From: Eledone cirrhosa
Lineage: Eukaryota
Assembly: GCA_964016885.1 (NCBI GenBank)
Contig: OZ024740.1
Span: forward strand, 203,422,001-203,486,000
Length of the DNA stretch: 64,000 nt
Direction: 5' to 3'
In this document: positions 1 to 13,819 of the stretch, in pieces
Position numbering within the stretch: position 1 is the stretch's first letter
Layout: each line of letters begins with the position of its first letter
Program-made: the position numbers and the translations under genes
The notes under the pieces: generated by a model
The model's database searches: none
Told to the model about the DNA's origin: nothing
Seen by the model: only the letters and a program-made list of their open reading frames with translations

Positions 1-252
1 CTGGCTTGATTTCTACAGCTGGATGCCCTTCCTAACACCAACCTCATTTACAGTGAGTGCTGGGTGCTTTTTTGCTGTGGAATGATAGGGACCCCACTCC
101 CTATCATCTCATTTCTACAGCTGAGTAAACTGGAGCAATGTGAAATAAAGTGTCTTGCTCAAGGAAACAACACATCACCCGGTCTGAGAATTGAACTCTC
201 AACCTTTCGATTGCAAGGCCAATGCTCTAACCACTAAGCCATGTGCCTCCAT
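1..252 (-). mobile_element. tRNA-derived SINE (family A: CORE-like centre, RTE-type 3' tail), cut by window edge
   Basis: The minus strand reads A box TGGCTTAGTGG, B box GAGTTCAATTC, a CCTTGAGCAAGACACTTTA core, then AGGAAGGGCATCCAGCTGTAGAAA shared with the RTE 3' UTR. Near-identical to copies at 28.7, 35.2 and 55.2 kb. Confidence 0.8.
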
Positions 253-594
253 ATAAGTACTAAAAGAGTGAAAAGCTGCTAGCATACTGCATAATTAAGT
301 TGAACGAAAACTAAGTGTGTGAAATATAGGAAGAATGTTGCTGGGCCCTTGTCGAGAGGGCCAAAGTTTTTAGGTAAGTGCTACATCTTGCCAATTGTTC
401 CAGGGAACGGCATTAGTAACTTCAAGAAAGCCGCAACTGATAGATAGAAGTGGAAAAAGGTGCGAAGCAACTGCTGAGCAGTAATCCACTTTGTTATTCA
501 CACACCTCTGATCCCTAAGGACTGGCGAGTAACAAAGTACGACCAAATTATTCCACAGCTATGGAATAGTGCCATTGCTTGCTACAATATCCTC

Positions 595-860
595 CAACAA
601 GTGGGATGTAATAAAGTCTTTAGCAAGATTGATTTGAAGTCAGCACATCATCAAATTGAACTGAAAGAGATATGCCACTTACAGCGTTTGAAGCCTGTGG
701 ACATTTATATCATTTTCATAGGTTATCTTTCGGGTGTAACAATGCAGTCTCCATTTTTCAACATACAATCAATGATTTTATTAGCTCTAATGCATTGAAC
801 AAAACCTTCACATATCTCAACAACATAATTATTTGCAGAAAAGATTACCCAGAACATAGT
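595..860 (+). pseudogene. Degenerate Ty3/Gypsy LTR-retrotransposon reverse transcriptase fragment
   Basis: Two overlapping frames give FSKIDLKSAHHQI then TAFEACGHLYHFHRLSFG..FQ..TFTYLNNIII, which are Gypsy RT motifs. It is frameshifted and the YLDD/N motif is degenerate. Confidence 0.75.
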
Positions 861-869
861 AAGACAACT

Positions 870-1690
870 ACATGAGAAGTTCTTAGCTAAGAGTAAGCCT
901 CTATATCTAGCTTTTGTTGATCTAGAGAAAGCCTTTGACAGAGTACCCAATCAGTTATCTAGTGATCCTTAAAGAATCTAGGTGAAGAGTGGCTTGTAAG
1001 AACAGGAAGTGAGTTTAGTGAGGAATTTGAGGTACAGGTAGGAGTTCATCAGGGTTCAGTTCATAGCCCACTTCTGTTTATTCATAACAGAGGAGTTTAA
1101 GACTGGTTGCCCATGGGAACTTCTATGCAGGTCAATGATCTGGTCATCATAGCTGAATCTGTGGAAAAACTAGAGAATAAATTCCGGTTGTGGAAACAGA
1201 ACATAGAATCAAAAGGGCTGAGAATAAACTTAGCAAAAACCAAAATGCTAATGGTAAGAAAGATAAGCACTAATCTCATCAAAGAACGTGTAGAAAAGGA
1301 GTAGGCATAAAAGCTTTATGATGTACACAATGCTAATCTTGGATACACAAGAGGTGTAGTGGAACAACAGGCAAACTAACAAGAAAGGAAGACTTTATAT
1401 ATGGCTGTTCAGGGTCAATAATAATTAAAGAAAAAATAATATAAACTTTTTCTAATCCCAGGAAGTGAAGACAGAGGACATGCAAAGGCTGAAGAGAAGT
1501 GAGGCAAGTATGCTTGGATGGATGTGCAATGTTAATGTGTAAGAATGACAAAGCATGGATGAATTGAGAGAGTAACTAGGTATAAGAGGAATCAATTGTA
1601 ATGTGCAGGAGAGGAAACTGCATTGCTATTGTGATGTGCATGATGATGATTGGGTGAAGAAGTGCAAAGTAATCCCAGTGGCAGGAAACT
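870..1690 (+). mobile_element. Degenerate RTE-clade LINE fragment (RT)
   Basis: EKFLAKSKPLYLAFVDLEKAFDRVP and VQVGVHQGSV..P motifs, homologous to the 8.5-9.7 kb RT, with many stops and deletions. Confidence 0.8.
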
Positions 1691-2110
1691 GCTTTACTGA
1701 TAGGGCCCCATTCCTTTCATGAAAAGCAATATGAAATAAAATATGCTCCAGAGCACAAGATGCTGCCCAGACCAGGATGATCATGCCCCTAACATCCTAA
1801 CAACTATGCCATGTGCCTTCTCCGTCAGATTAGCCTATAGTGTTGAAAATACATTCTTTAAAATTAAAATAACAAAAATAAAAAACCAGCCAAATTAATG
1901 TAAAATTTATTTTATTTTGTTATTAACATGAAACACTAATACCCAAGTTCTAGTGTCTCTCAACCAAATAGTTAGGCTTCTACAATTCCTTCAAGAATTA
2001 CCCCATCCTAAAGGAATTACAGGATTGTTCCTTGTTTTTTGGTTCTGCTGTTTCACTCATTTAAGAAATCTAAAAAAAAAATTAAAATTGATTCCTAGGT
2101 TACATGATAT

Positions 2111-2223
2111 TTAAATATCAAAATAAGGAACGTTTACTCCTTCCTCATCTTCTTCAGCTGCTACTTCTGCCTCCTCAGCTACAGCTCCTTCAATCTTGAC
2201 ACTTACGGGTTGCAATGTGGGAT
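2111..2223 (-). CDS. ATP5PF: ATP synthase coupling factor 6, last coding exon (DPTLQPVSVKIEGAVAEEAEVAAEEDEEGVNVPYFDI*)
   Basis: Acceptor TTTCATTTTAG|AT, phase 1, completes the conserved 'DP' after FPAFTWS. TAA at 2113-2111. AATAAA on the minus strand at about 1911-1906. Confidence 0.82.
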
Positions 2224-2394
2224 CTAAAATGAAATATTTAAAAAAATGTAAATAATATTAACAAAAAATAATTGTTTCAGATTTAGGCACAAGGCCATCA
2301 ATTCTGGGGGAGGGGAAAGTTGATTAAATCAACATCAATGCGTTACTGATACTTTATTTTATCGACTCCGTAAGGATGAAAGGCAAAGTTAACC

Positions 2395-5300
2395 ATGGCG
2401 GTATTTAAATTCAGAACGGCAAGGGCTGTAACTCTATGCCACTAAGCATATTGTCCAACACTCTACTGATACTGCCAATACACTGCCTTAACAAAAAATG
2501 ATAATGATGATAAATAAATAAACAAATAAGTAACCAAGTTCCTGAAGTATATTGCTGCTCTGCTCACATCTATAATAAACCTGTCGGACATGGATGTTAT
2601 TGAAGTACTGAAATATTTTAAATAGTGCACCCAATACACACTGTAAAGTGGCCGTGTAGATGTCACGACAAAAAGCACCCAGCCCACACAGTAAAGTGGT
2701 TGTGTAGCTGTCATGACAAAAAGCACCCAGCTCACACTGTAAATGTGGTTGGTGTTAGAAAGAGCATCCAGCAATAGAAATCTAGTCCAAATCAGTTCTG
2801 TGTGAGTGAATCATGGTCGCCAGACCTGATCTCTCACACAGGGACAGCCCGTCCTACCCATGCTAACATGGAAGATGGACATATGATGATGATGATGATG
2901 AGAGTATTTCTAATCAAAAGAACACCAAACTAGAAGTACGTATTCTACCTATGTCGAAGGGGAGATTTAAAAATAAACACAACAAATATTATTTTTTATT
3001 AAGAACTAGAAACTTATAGTGTTCTTGACTAAAATAGAATGCTAAAATGAGAAAAGCAGTGCTACCATTGTAAGCAGTGGTAGCACTGTATCATTAACTT
3101 TTCTGCTACCATATTTCTAATGAAAGGCACTGCCCTATGGTTTTCAGATAACTTGGAGGGATTTAGTAAAATAACTTTCATTATTAAGCTGGTAATGGGC
3201 AGTGGATTGGCAGTATCAATAGAGGGTCAGACGCCATGATTTCCAGCATAGTTACGTCCCTTTACGATCTGAGTTCAAATCCCGCCGAGGTTGACTTTGC
3301 CTTTCATCCTTACGGGTCGATAAAATAAAGTACCAGTAATGCACTGGGTAATTGCTGGCCTTGTGCCTAAAGTAGAAACAATTATTAAGCTGGTATCGGT
3401 AGAGGGACGCTATGATTTGCAGCATAGTTACGTCCCTTTACGGACTGAGTTCAAATCCCGCCGAGGTTAACTTTGCCTTTCATCCTTACGGGGTCGATAA
3501 AATAAAGTACCAGTAATGCACTGGGTATTTGCTGGCTTTGTGCCAAAAGTAGAAACAATTATTAAGCTGGTGTTTGGAACATAAAATTTTCCACATTAAA
3601 ATTACAATGGAATGTTTTTAAAACAAACAGACAGTTTCAGACAGTTTGCTGTTAAAAGAGTTGTGTTTTCTTGTTGCGCTGTGCTCTCAGTTCAACCTCT
3701 CTTGTGTAATGAACTTTGTTGTGCTTAACTTATTCAATATATATAGGTTATGGCTTAGAAGCAAATGACAGCGCTTCTACATGGACCTTTGATATGTTAA
3801 AAATAACAGCCAAATAACCCTAAATTATACTTCATTGTCTCAAACGATACACTGGTCAATGGCATCTGCCAGAAGGCCATGACTGGAATGTCTTTGATAA
3901 TAGGCTGACCTAAAAGATAGAATGCTTAGTCATTGATACAGAAATGGAACAATTACAAAATGAGGTACAGAATTTGGTAAAACCTTTAGTCATCATCACC
4001 ACACCATGATAGAGAGAAAAGAACACTTCAATTTGGCTTAGAAACTAATGATTTAGGAATGTTTTAATGTTTATAAATTAGATATAATGAAATAAATCAA
4101 TAATAAATGACATTTTGTGTAAATGACCGAGGTGTAGAGTAATTAGTGAAAAATAATAGATTAGATGTAGTACATATTGCAATGAGTAATATATATATAT
4201 ATATTTATTATGTACTTCAGGCACAAGCATGGTTGCCTTATTAAAACTAATAATTAGTATATACATTATAGAGTATAGGTACAGACATGACTGTAAATAA
4301 AATGAAGCTCAATCCTATGTAGAATTAGATGGCCTCGAATATTCAGCCACTGTAGATCAGTTAAAAGTCTAACAACTAAACCACTAATAATTTGGCTGGT
4401 CTTTAAGTCTGTCATTGCCATATTTTATATGAAAGACTATCTATGGTTTTCAAATCATTTTGAAAATAATCAAGAATTCAATGAGATTTAGTAATATAAT
4501 CTTCTCGTTATTCAGCTGGTGTTTAGAACATAACTGATACACAGACGCAAGGTGTCACAGAAAAGGATAGAACCTAAAACAACATTTAATAACCACATAG
4601 CCATGCTTGCTATTATAAGTACCTATATTATGTAATTCATTAAAAAGAAAAGGCAATTACTAATAGAAGTCTGACCCTTTCTCCTTTGAGATTTTGAGAT
4701 TTTTCTGTCATGAATAATTCTTTGTAAAGTTGATGTTTATTCTATGAATCAGGAAAAGGAAGGTCAGTACCCACAACTCTTTCTGTGGCCTCAGAGACTG
4801 GTGGGAGTGAGGGAGGAAAGAAGGTATTCTTAAACTAGAGATCTGGTCTAAATGTTTGCAACAGTGTGAATTTTTTTAAAGGTTCCCAAGGCCCAGGTAA
4901 TTGTGCTATCATCATCATCATCACCGTTTTACGTCCGTTCTTCCACGCTAGCATGGGTTAGACGGGTTGTCCTGTTGTGGGCAGTGTCTGGTCGGCTGAC
5001 CATGCCTTGCTCATACAGGAACTGATTTGGCTTGATTTCTACAGCTGGATGCCCTTCCTAACACCAACCTCATTTACAGTGAGTGCTGGGTGCTTTTTTG
5101 TGGCGCCTACACATCCACTTTACAGTGTGGGCTGGGTGCTTTTTTGCCGTGGCACCTCCACGACCACCTTGCAGAGGGGGGTGTGGGGGCATATTGTCTA
5201 TATGCTCCAGCTTGTACCCATGGGAGGTCGGGTACTCTGTATTACTGCGTGGCGCCAGAGGTCACAGTCATGTGTCATCACCTTTGAGAGGTGAAATTGG

Positions 5301-8300
5301 GTAAGGTCGGCTTTTATCACCTCATCCCAGGTCATCTTGGGTCTCCCTACTCCACGGTTTCCATAGACTTCTAGTGCTCTGCACCTTTTTATGCAGCTGT
5401 CATCCTTCATACGCATCACATGTCCTTACCAACGCAACCGCCTCTCCTGCACACAGCATTTGATTCCTCTTATGCTCAGTCTCTCTCTCAATGGCGGTAT
5501 TTAAATTCAGAACGGAAAGGGCTGTAACTCTATGCCACTAAGCATATTGTCCAACACTCTACTGATACTGCCAATACACTGCCTTAACAAAAAATGATAA
5601 TGATGATAAATAAATAAACAAATAAGTAACCAAGTTCCTGAAGTATATTGCTGCTCTGCTCACATCTATAATAAACCTGTCGGACATAGATGTTATTGAA
5701 GTACTGAAATATTTTAAATAGTGCACCCAATACACACTGTAAAGTGGCCGTGTAGATGTCACGACAAAAAGCACCCAGCCCACACAGTAAAGTGGTTGTG
5801 TAGCTGTCATGACAAAAAGCACCCAGCTCACACTGTAAATGTGGTTGGTGTTAGAAAGAGCATCCAGCAATAGAAATCTAGTCCAAATCAGTTCTGTGTG
5901 AGTGAATCATGGTCGCCAGACCTGATCTCTCACACAGGGACAGCCCGTCCTACCCATGCTAACATGGAAGATGGACATATGATGATGATGATGATGATGA
6001 GAGTATTTCTAATCAAAAGAACACCAAACTAGAAGTACGTATTCTACCTATGTCGAAGGGGAGATTTAAAAATAAACACAACAAATATTATTTTTTATTA
6101 AGAACTAGAAACTTATAGTGTTCTTGACTAAAATAGAATGCTAAAATGAGAAAAGCAGTGCTACCATTGTAAGCAGTGGTAGCACTGTATCATTAACTTT
6201 TCTGCTACCATATTTCTAATGAAAGGCACTGCCCTATGGTTTTCAGATAACTTGGAGGGATTTAGTAAAATAACTTTCATTATTAAGCTGGTAATGGGCA
6301 GTGGATTGGCAGTATCAATAGAGGGTCAGACGCCATGATTTCCAGCATAGTTACGTCCCTTTACGATCTGAGTTCAAATCCCGCCGAGGTTGACTTTGCC
6401 TTTCATCCTTACGGGTCGATAAAATAAAGTACCAGTAATGCACTGGGTAATTGCTGGCCTTGTGCCTAAAGTAGAAACAATTATTAAGCTGGTATCGGTA
6501 GAGGGACGCTATGATTTGCAGCATAGTTACGTCCCTTTACGGACTGAGTTCAAATCCCGCCGAGGTTAACTTTGCCTTTCATCCTTACGGGGTCGATAAA
6601 ATAAAGTACCAGTAATGCACTGGGTATTTGCTGGCTTTGTGCCAAAAGTAGAAACAATTATTAAGCTGGTGTTTGGAACATAAAATTTTCCACATTAAAA
6701 TTACAATGGAATGTTTTTAAAACAAACAGACAGTTTCAGACAGTTTGCTGTTAAAAGAGTTGTGTTTTCTTGTTGCGCTGTGCTCTCAGTTCAACCTCTC
6801 TTGTGTAATGAACTTTGTTGTGCTTAACTTATTCAATATATATAGGTTATGGCTTAGAAGCAAATGACAGCGCTTCTACATGGACCTTTGATATGTTAAA
6901 AATAACAGCCAAATAACCCTAAATTATACTTCATTGTCTCAAACGATACACTGGTCAATGGCATCTGCCAGAAGGCCATGACTGGAATGTCTTTGATAAT
7001 AGGCTGACCTAAAAGATAGAATGCTTAGTCATTGATACAGAAATGGAACAATTACAAAATGAGGTACAGAATTTGGTAAAACCTTTAGTCATCATCACCA
7101 CACCATGATAGAGAGAAAAGAACACTTCAATTTGGCTTAGAAACTAATGATTTAGGAATGTTTTAATGTTTATAAATTAGATATAATGAAATAAATCAAT
7201 AATAAATGACATTTTGTGTAAATGACCGAGGTGTAGAGTAATTAGTGAAAAATAATAGATTAGATGTAGTACATATTGCAATGAGTAATATATATATATA
7301 TATTTATTATGTACTTCAGGCACAAGCATGGTTGCCTTATTAAAACTAATAATTAGTATATACATTATAGAGTATAGGTACAGACATGACTGTAAATAAA
7401 ATGAAGCTCAATCCTATGTAGAATTAGATGGCCTCGAATATTCAGCCACTGTAGATCAGTTAAAAGTCTAACAACTAAACCACTAATAATTTGGCTGGTC
7501 TTTAAGTCTGTCATTGCCATATTTTATATGAAAGACTATCTATGGTTTTCAAATCATTTTGAAAATAATCAAGAATTCAATGAGATTTAGTAATATAATC
7601 TTCTCGTTATTCAGCTGGTGTTTAGAACATAACTGATACACAGACGCAAGGTGTCACAGAAAAGGATAGAACCTAAAACAACATTTAATAACCACACAGC
7701 CATGCTTGCTATTATAAGTACCTATATTATGTAATTCATTAAAAAGAAAAGGCAATTACTAATAGAAGTCTGACCCTTTCTCCTTTGAGATTTTGAGATT
7801 TTTCTGTCATGAATAATTCTTTGTAAAGTTGATGTTTATTCTATGAATCAGGAAAAGGAAGGTCAGTACCCACAACTCTTTCTGTGGCCTCAGAGACTGG
7901 TGGGAGTGAGGGAGGAAAGAAGGTATTCTTAAACTAGAGATCTGGTCTAAATGTTTGCAACAGTGTGAATTTTTTTAAAGGTTCCCAAGGCCCAGGTAAT
8001 TGTGCTATCATCATCATCATCACCGTTTTACGTCCGTTCTTCCACGCTAGCATGGGTTAGACGGGTTGTCCTGTTGTGGGCAGTGTCTGGTCGGCTGACC
8101 ATGCCTTGCTCATACAGGAACTGATTTGGCTTGATTTCTACAGCTGGATGCCCTTCCTAACACCAACCTCATTTACAGTGAGTGCTGGGTGCTTTTTTGT
8201 GGCGCCTACACGTCCACTTTACAGTGTGGGCTGGGTGCTTTTTTGCCGTGGCACCTCCACGACCACCTTGCAGTGGGGGATGTGGGGGCATATTGTCTAT

Positions 8301-8589
8301 ATGCTTCAGCTTGTACCCATGGGAGATCGGGTACTCTGTATTACTGCGTGGCGCCAAAGGTCACAGTCATGTGTCATCACCTTTGAGAGGTGAAATTGGG
8401 TAAGGTCGGCTTTTATCACCTCATCCCAGGTCATCTTGGGTCTCCCTACTCCGCGGTTTCCATAGACTTCTAGTGCTCTGCACCTTTTTATGCAGCTGTC
8501 ATCCTTCATACGCATCACATGTCCTTACCAACGCAACCGCCTCTCCTGCACACGGCATTTGATTCCTCTTATGCTCAGTCTCTCTCTCA
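2395..8589. repeat. Tandem duplication of about 3.1 kb (2395-5490 and 5491-8589) in the last ATP5PF intron
   Basis: Near-identical sequence at offset 3096-3099. Identical ORF pairs at 2463/5559 and 4078/7177. Junction ctctca|atggcg. Confidence 0.95.
3194..3557 (+). mobile_element. Two tandem tRNA-SINEs (family B, Meta/Sauria-like central domain) inserted in a MITE; duplicated at about 6293-6656
   Basis: B box GAGTTCAAATCC followed by GACTTTGCCTTTCATCCTTACGGGGTCGATAAAATAAAGTACCAG. ATTATTAAGCTGGT is repeated at 3180, 3381 and 3558 as target-site duplications. Confidence 0.8.
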
Positions 8590-11335
8590 ATTCATTTATG
8601 CTTTGTCGTTCGCGTATATTACTTTTACACATCCATCGGAGCATGCAGGCTTCCTTTCTCTCTAATCTACCTAAGTCTTCCACCTTCAGCGCCCAGGTCT
8701 CACTACCATGCAACATCGCTGTTCGGATACACGCATCATACAGTCTGCCTTTCATTTTGAGGGAGAAGCCTTTTGCAGCTAGCAGTGGTAGTAGTTCCCT
8801 AAACTTCTTCCATCCTGTTCTTACCCTAGTTATTGTACTTTCTGAACACCCACCTCCGCTGCTAATTCGGTCACCTGGGTAGCAGAAGCTGTCTACTGTT
8901 TCTACAGAGCTCTCCCAGAGATTGGTGGTACTTGTTTCCTGTGGCTGTTTGCTGCCCCAGCACAGCTGCTGCATGTGAAGCCTACATTGTTTGCATTTGG
9001 GGCAGAGAATGGAGTTCCTACCTACACCTTTCCTACATACTGAGCAAGGCCATTTCCCTGAGGGGATCTGGGTTCTGTTTTCTCGTCTACTTACAAGGAC
9101 CTTAGTCTTTGTCATGTTGACTTTGAGACCCTTTCTTTCTAGTCCCTGCTTCCAAGTTTGGAATTTCTTCTCTAGTTCTACCATAGATTCAGCTATAAGT
9201 GCGAGGTCATCAGCATACAGGAGTTCCCATGGGCATCCGGTCTTAAATTCCTCCGTTATTGCCTGCAGGACTATGATGAACAGGAGGGGGCTAAGAACAG
9301 AGCCCTGGTGGACCCCAACCTGTACGCTAAATTCCTCGTTATACTCATTGCTAATCCTAACTTTGCTGACTGCTCCCCTATACATGGCTTGTACCGCTTT
9401 CACAAGCCATTCATCTACTCCTAGTTTTCTAAGAGCCCACCAGATTACAGCACGTGGAACTCTGTCAAAGGCTTTCTCAAGATCGACAAATGCCAGGTAG
9501 AGTGGCTTACTTTTAGCTAGGTACTTTTCCTGTAACTGCCTCACAAGGAAGAGGGCATCAGTGGTGCCTCTTCCTGGTACAAACCCAAATTGCATCTCGT
9601 CTAGTTTCACCCGGTCCCTAATCAACTGTGCTATAACTCTTTCTGTTACTTTCATGACCTGGTCCATCAGCTTCATACCTCTATAGTTTCCTCTATCTAG
9701 TGCATCACCTTTACCTTTGTAGCAGTTGACAATGATGCTACTGCACCAATCTTTTGGTATGACACCTTCTAGTATTACCTGGTTAACAATACGTGGTTAT
9801 AGTGTGACCTACCGACCCAGATGCCTTCAGTATCTCGGCAGCTATACCCGATGGACCGGTTGCCCTCCCCATCTTCATATCTTTGATTGCCTTACTTACT
9901 ACGCTGCTGCTGACTTGTACTGCTGGCCCCTCTATAGGGTCTACTTGGGGTAGGGTCTCTTCTTCCTATGCATTCTCCTCATTTAGTAATCTATCATAAT
10001 GACTCTTCCATGCATCTTTCTTCTCAGCACTTGTGAGGGCAAGCTCACCTTTATCATTCCGGATACACTTCTCTCCAATGACATCACAATTCTCTCTGAC
10101 ACACTGCCTCGCAATCTTGAATACCTCCTGTATCTGGTCCTCACGTTGCAAAACATGCTTGAATTTTCTATCCTCTGCTTCCCTCCTAGCTAAGTATACT
10201 TGTCGCCTAGCTTCCCCCTTGGTCTCTATGTAATGTACCCTGCTCCCCCCGTTCTTCCATTCTTTCCATGCCTGTCTCTTGGCCTTAACTGCCTCATCTA
10301 CCTTATTGTTCCACCACCAAGTCACTCTCCTCCTGCTTGTGGTCTTACTCCAGCCACAGACCTCATCCGTCGCCTCTAGTAAGTTATTTTTTAGGAACTC
10401 CCAGTTCTCTTCTACATTGAATGTCTCTATCTGTTCTTCTTTACTGTCGTAGGCGTTGAGTAAAATATATTTAAATCTGTTACTGGTTGAGGGGTCTTTC
10501 AGCTTCCAGATCTTTCTTCTCCAGGCTGGCCTCTGTTTCCAGGTTCGTCTAGTTCTGACTGTGAGGTCGCTGACAACTAAGCTATGTTGGGATGTACATT
10601 CCTCACTAGGGAAGGCTTTTGTGTTTACAACCGTCCATCTGTCACGTCCTCTGATGAGGATAAAATCTATCTGAGTAGAATGCTCCCCTGATCTATAGGT
10701 GATCAGGTGGTTGTCGGGTTACATATCGACATGTCATTGGCGTCGCAGAATTCTAGAAGTCTGAATCCTTCCTCATTTCTTGTGCCAACCCCATGGACTC
10801 TATTGAAGCTGTCGCAGTGTTTACCTACGTGTCCGTTAAAATCTCCTGTGATTGTTAGAGCAGTAGTGTGCATTAGGGACTCGTAAAACCTATCCTTAAG
10901 TTTGTCTGGCAACCCCGATTGGGGTGCGTAAGCTGATATTATTGTGGTAATTGTTTTATTCAGGACTAGTCTGAGTTTAATGATTCTTGCATTTACCCTG
11001 TACACTGAGATTACTTTATCTACCCACTTGTCAGCTAGTAGTATACCTACACCACCCATCCCATCGTCATTTCCCACCCAGAAAAATTTGTAGCACCGAC
11101 TTTTTCCTACAAGGACTCTAGCAGACTCTCCTCTCCATCTAGTCTCTTGCACACAGCATACATCAATTTCCTTTCGCTCTAGCATTTCTACGATTTCTCC
11201 TGCTCTTCCTTTCATTGTGCTTACATTGATGGTACCAACTCGGAGTTTTGGGCATTTGTTGACACTCGTAGGGAAGGGTCTCTGGATTGGCGCTTTACAT
11301 GGGTGCTTGGTAGCTCGCGGATTCATATTTCATAA
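8007..11335 (-). mobile_element. Near full-length RTE-clade LINE (APE + RT with PHD-like insert), frameshifted, (GAT)n tail
   Basis: APE ORF 10703-11326 (GTINV, CCVQETRW, SAYAPQ, GDFNGH). RT ORF 8525-9676 (QFGF, FVDLEKAFD, GVHQGSVLSP, LLYADD). C-terminal RLRW*GH. The 3' UTR ends in GAT repeats at about 8007. Confidence 0.93.
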
Positions 11336-13819
11336 GATGACAATTACGATGACAATTAAATCTACTACCCAGTAAGCCACAGCAAGATTTGAATACACAA
11401 AACAAATATCAGGAACAAATACTGCAAGCCATTTTGGCCAATGCTCTAACAATTCTGCCAGTCCACTAACTTAGACTGGTAATATATTTTATTGATTCTG
11501 AAAGGGTGAAAGACAAGCTGATCTTGGCAAGATTTGAACACAGAGCTTAGAAATCAAGAACAAATACTGCAAAGAATTTCATCAGATATTCTAACAAATA
11601 TTCCACCAGTTTACAGCTCTAGACTAGAATTTTATTTAATAAACCTCCCTTCAAGTCCTAACACAGCAACCTCTCTAGTGCTGATGCCATGAAAAATGCA
11701 CCCAGTATTCCAAGTAAAGTGGTTGGTAAATAAAAAGAGCATCTAGTTGTAGAAACCATGCCTAAAAAGGGTCAAGAGAACTCTTCAGCTGTATCAATGA
11801 CACAACAATCTTCTAAGTGCTGGAATGTGAGAAGAGATCCCTCACCTGTCTGAGAGGTCAGTAGTTCTGATTAAGTTCCTTGCCAGCATAGAAAATGGAT
11901 GTTAAATGATGATGATAAGACTGCAACAGGATTTGAAAGCAGAGCACAGGGAACCAGTACAAATATCATCATATGATATTTTGTCTAATAATCTAAAAAA
12001 TATATGTAGTAGATGGGATGGTCACAATTGGAATGTAAATATCAGCAACGTATACCATTGCTATCCAGATACATGCCCAGACAATGTGGGAGAATACTCT
12101 TTGACATGCAGAACTCCAGGTACAAGGTTCTTCATGGTTCCAACAGACAAACTGAGGAAAGTGTTAGCCCATAGGATAGCAAGGGAGATTCCTAATCACA
12201 GAGCTCTCTTCTGCAGGTGACCAAAGGTTTCCATCACTACAGATTCAATGACAAACCCAGCAGAAAGCAACTAATACTTCAACAGCAATCTTCAGCTAAT
12301 CAGGCAAAACCTGAGTCTTTCACTGAATGCACCAGGTTGACACTGAGTTGCTGCATTATGTCCCAGATGAGGGGCTTACCACCATAAAAGGGAAAGATTG
12401 TGATACCATTTGGCCATCCCCTCAGTTCAACCCAACCAGCTTCAAGCAACAAGCCATATGATAGCTCACAGTGGATGATAGCTGAAAGAGTTCACCATGA
12501 ATCCACATCAACACATGTTGTTTACAGATACAAAGGCTGAGCCTCAGGAAACACTGTGTGGACACGTTTGTCCTTCACCCACTGCCATGTCATCACAGTA
12601 CTGGTTATATACCATGCCATTCCATTCTCTAACAATTCACTACTGTTGGATCTTCAATAATATAACACTTCTTGTAAATGTTGTACACTCTAAACTTTGA
12701 ACATCATTTAACAAGCAAACAGCTGTCCTAACTGGTGGATAAATGAAATTGTTAGTGTCAGACAGGATGCCTTGTGGTATTTGTTCCAGATGTTTGCATT
12801 CTAAGTTCAAATCCTAATCCTTTCATTATTATGTTTCTAATGAAACATATTGCCTATAGTTTTGAAAATAATAAAAAATTTGGAGGGATTTAGTAATATA
12901 ACCAAGGGTCGGACGCCATGCTTTCCAGCATAGTTACGTCCCTTTACGATCTGAGTTCAAATCCCGCCAAGGTTGACTTTGCCTTTCATCCTTGCGGGGT
13001 CGATAAAATAAAGTACCAGTAATGCACTGGGTAATTGCTGGCCTTGTGCCTAAAGTAGAAACAATTATCTAGTACTTGGAACATAACAATTCTTACATAA
13101 AATTATGATGGAAAGTTTTTAGATGAATAAAGCTTTGTATCATAGAATCAGAAGCAGTTTAGTATCAAAAGGATTAATCTATCATTCTCTTGTAAGTATT
13201 CAGGCTAGATCTCTGCTTTGAATATACCTTTTTGTCTCCCTCCAACCAATCTTAGAAGCCCTGGAAAGCATTATGGGCACTGCTTGTCCCCTTCCGATGA
13301 AACAAGCGTTTTAAGACATTTTCCCAGCTAAAGCAGAGGTTAACCTTGCGGACTCCATGATAGGCTTCATACTCAACATGGGGTCATTTTTTAGGCAATG
13401 TTTTACATCCAGGCACCTTTCCTGACATCCACACTTTTAGTTGTCTCTCACAACATGCAGGGATATGGTGTAGCTATTTTAAACAGAATATACAGTGAAC
13501 TAGGTTTTTTCTCTTCATAAAAATGCCTTGTTATTTTGTACAAACTTTTTGTTTTTACTTTGACCAAACAGTAAATAATAATTAAACAGACAGCTATTGT
13601 AGTTAATAACATGACACTTTTATGAAAAGAAATAGTTTCTAGCAGTTGAAAATACAGAAATAAGAACAAGGTAATACGTTTCTAATTTTGAAATGTTTCA
13701 TCATCATCATTTAATGTCAGTCTTCCCTGCTAGCAAAGATTGAATGGGTCTCCACAGACTGACTCAATACTCAAGCAGATCTACTAACCTCTCCGATGAG
13801 CTGGGACCAGACACCTCTC

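Noticed and set aside
190-252. tRNA-like sequence with A and B boxes (also at about 28.7, 32.5, 35.5, 36.9 and 56.1 kb)
   Set aside because: No complete cloverleaf or acceptor stem; each runs into a SINE body, so these are SINE heads rather than tRNA genes.
8490-9500. Plus-strand ORFs of 130 and 169 aa
   Set aside because: Antisense shadows of the RTE RT frame.
11906-12700. ORFs of 104 and 67 aa with faint LINE-like words
   Set aside because: Too degenerate to assign. Probably old retroelement debris; no splice-compatible link to ATP5PF.
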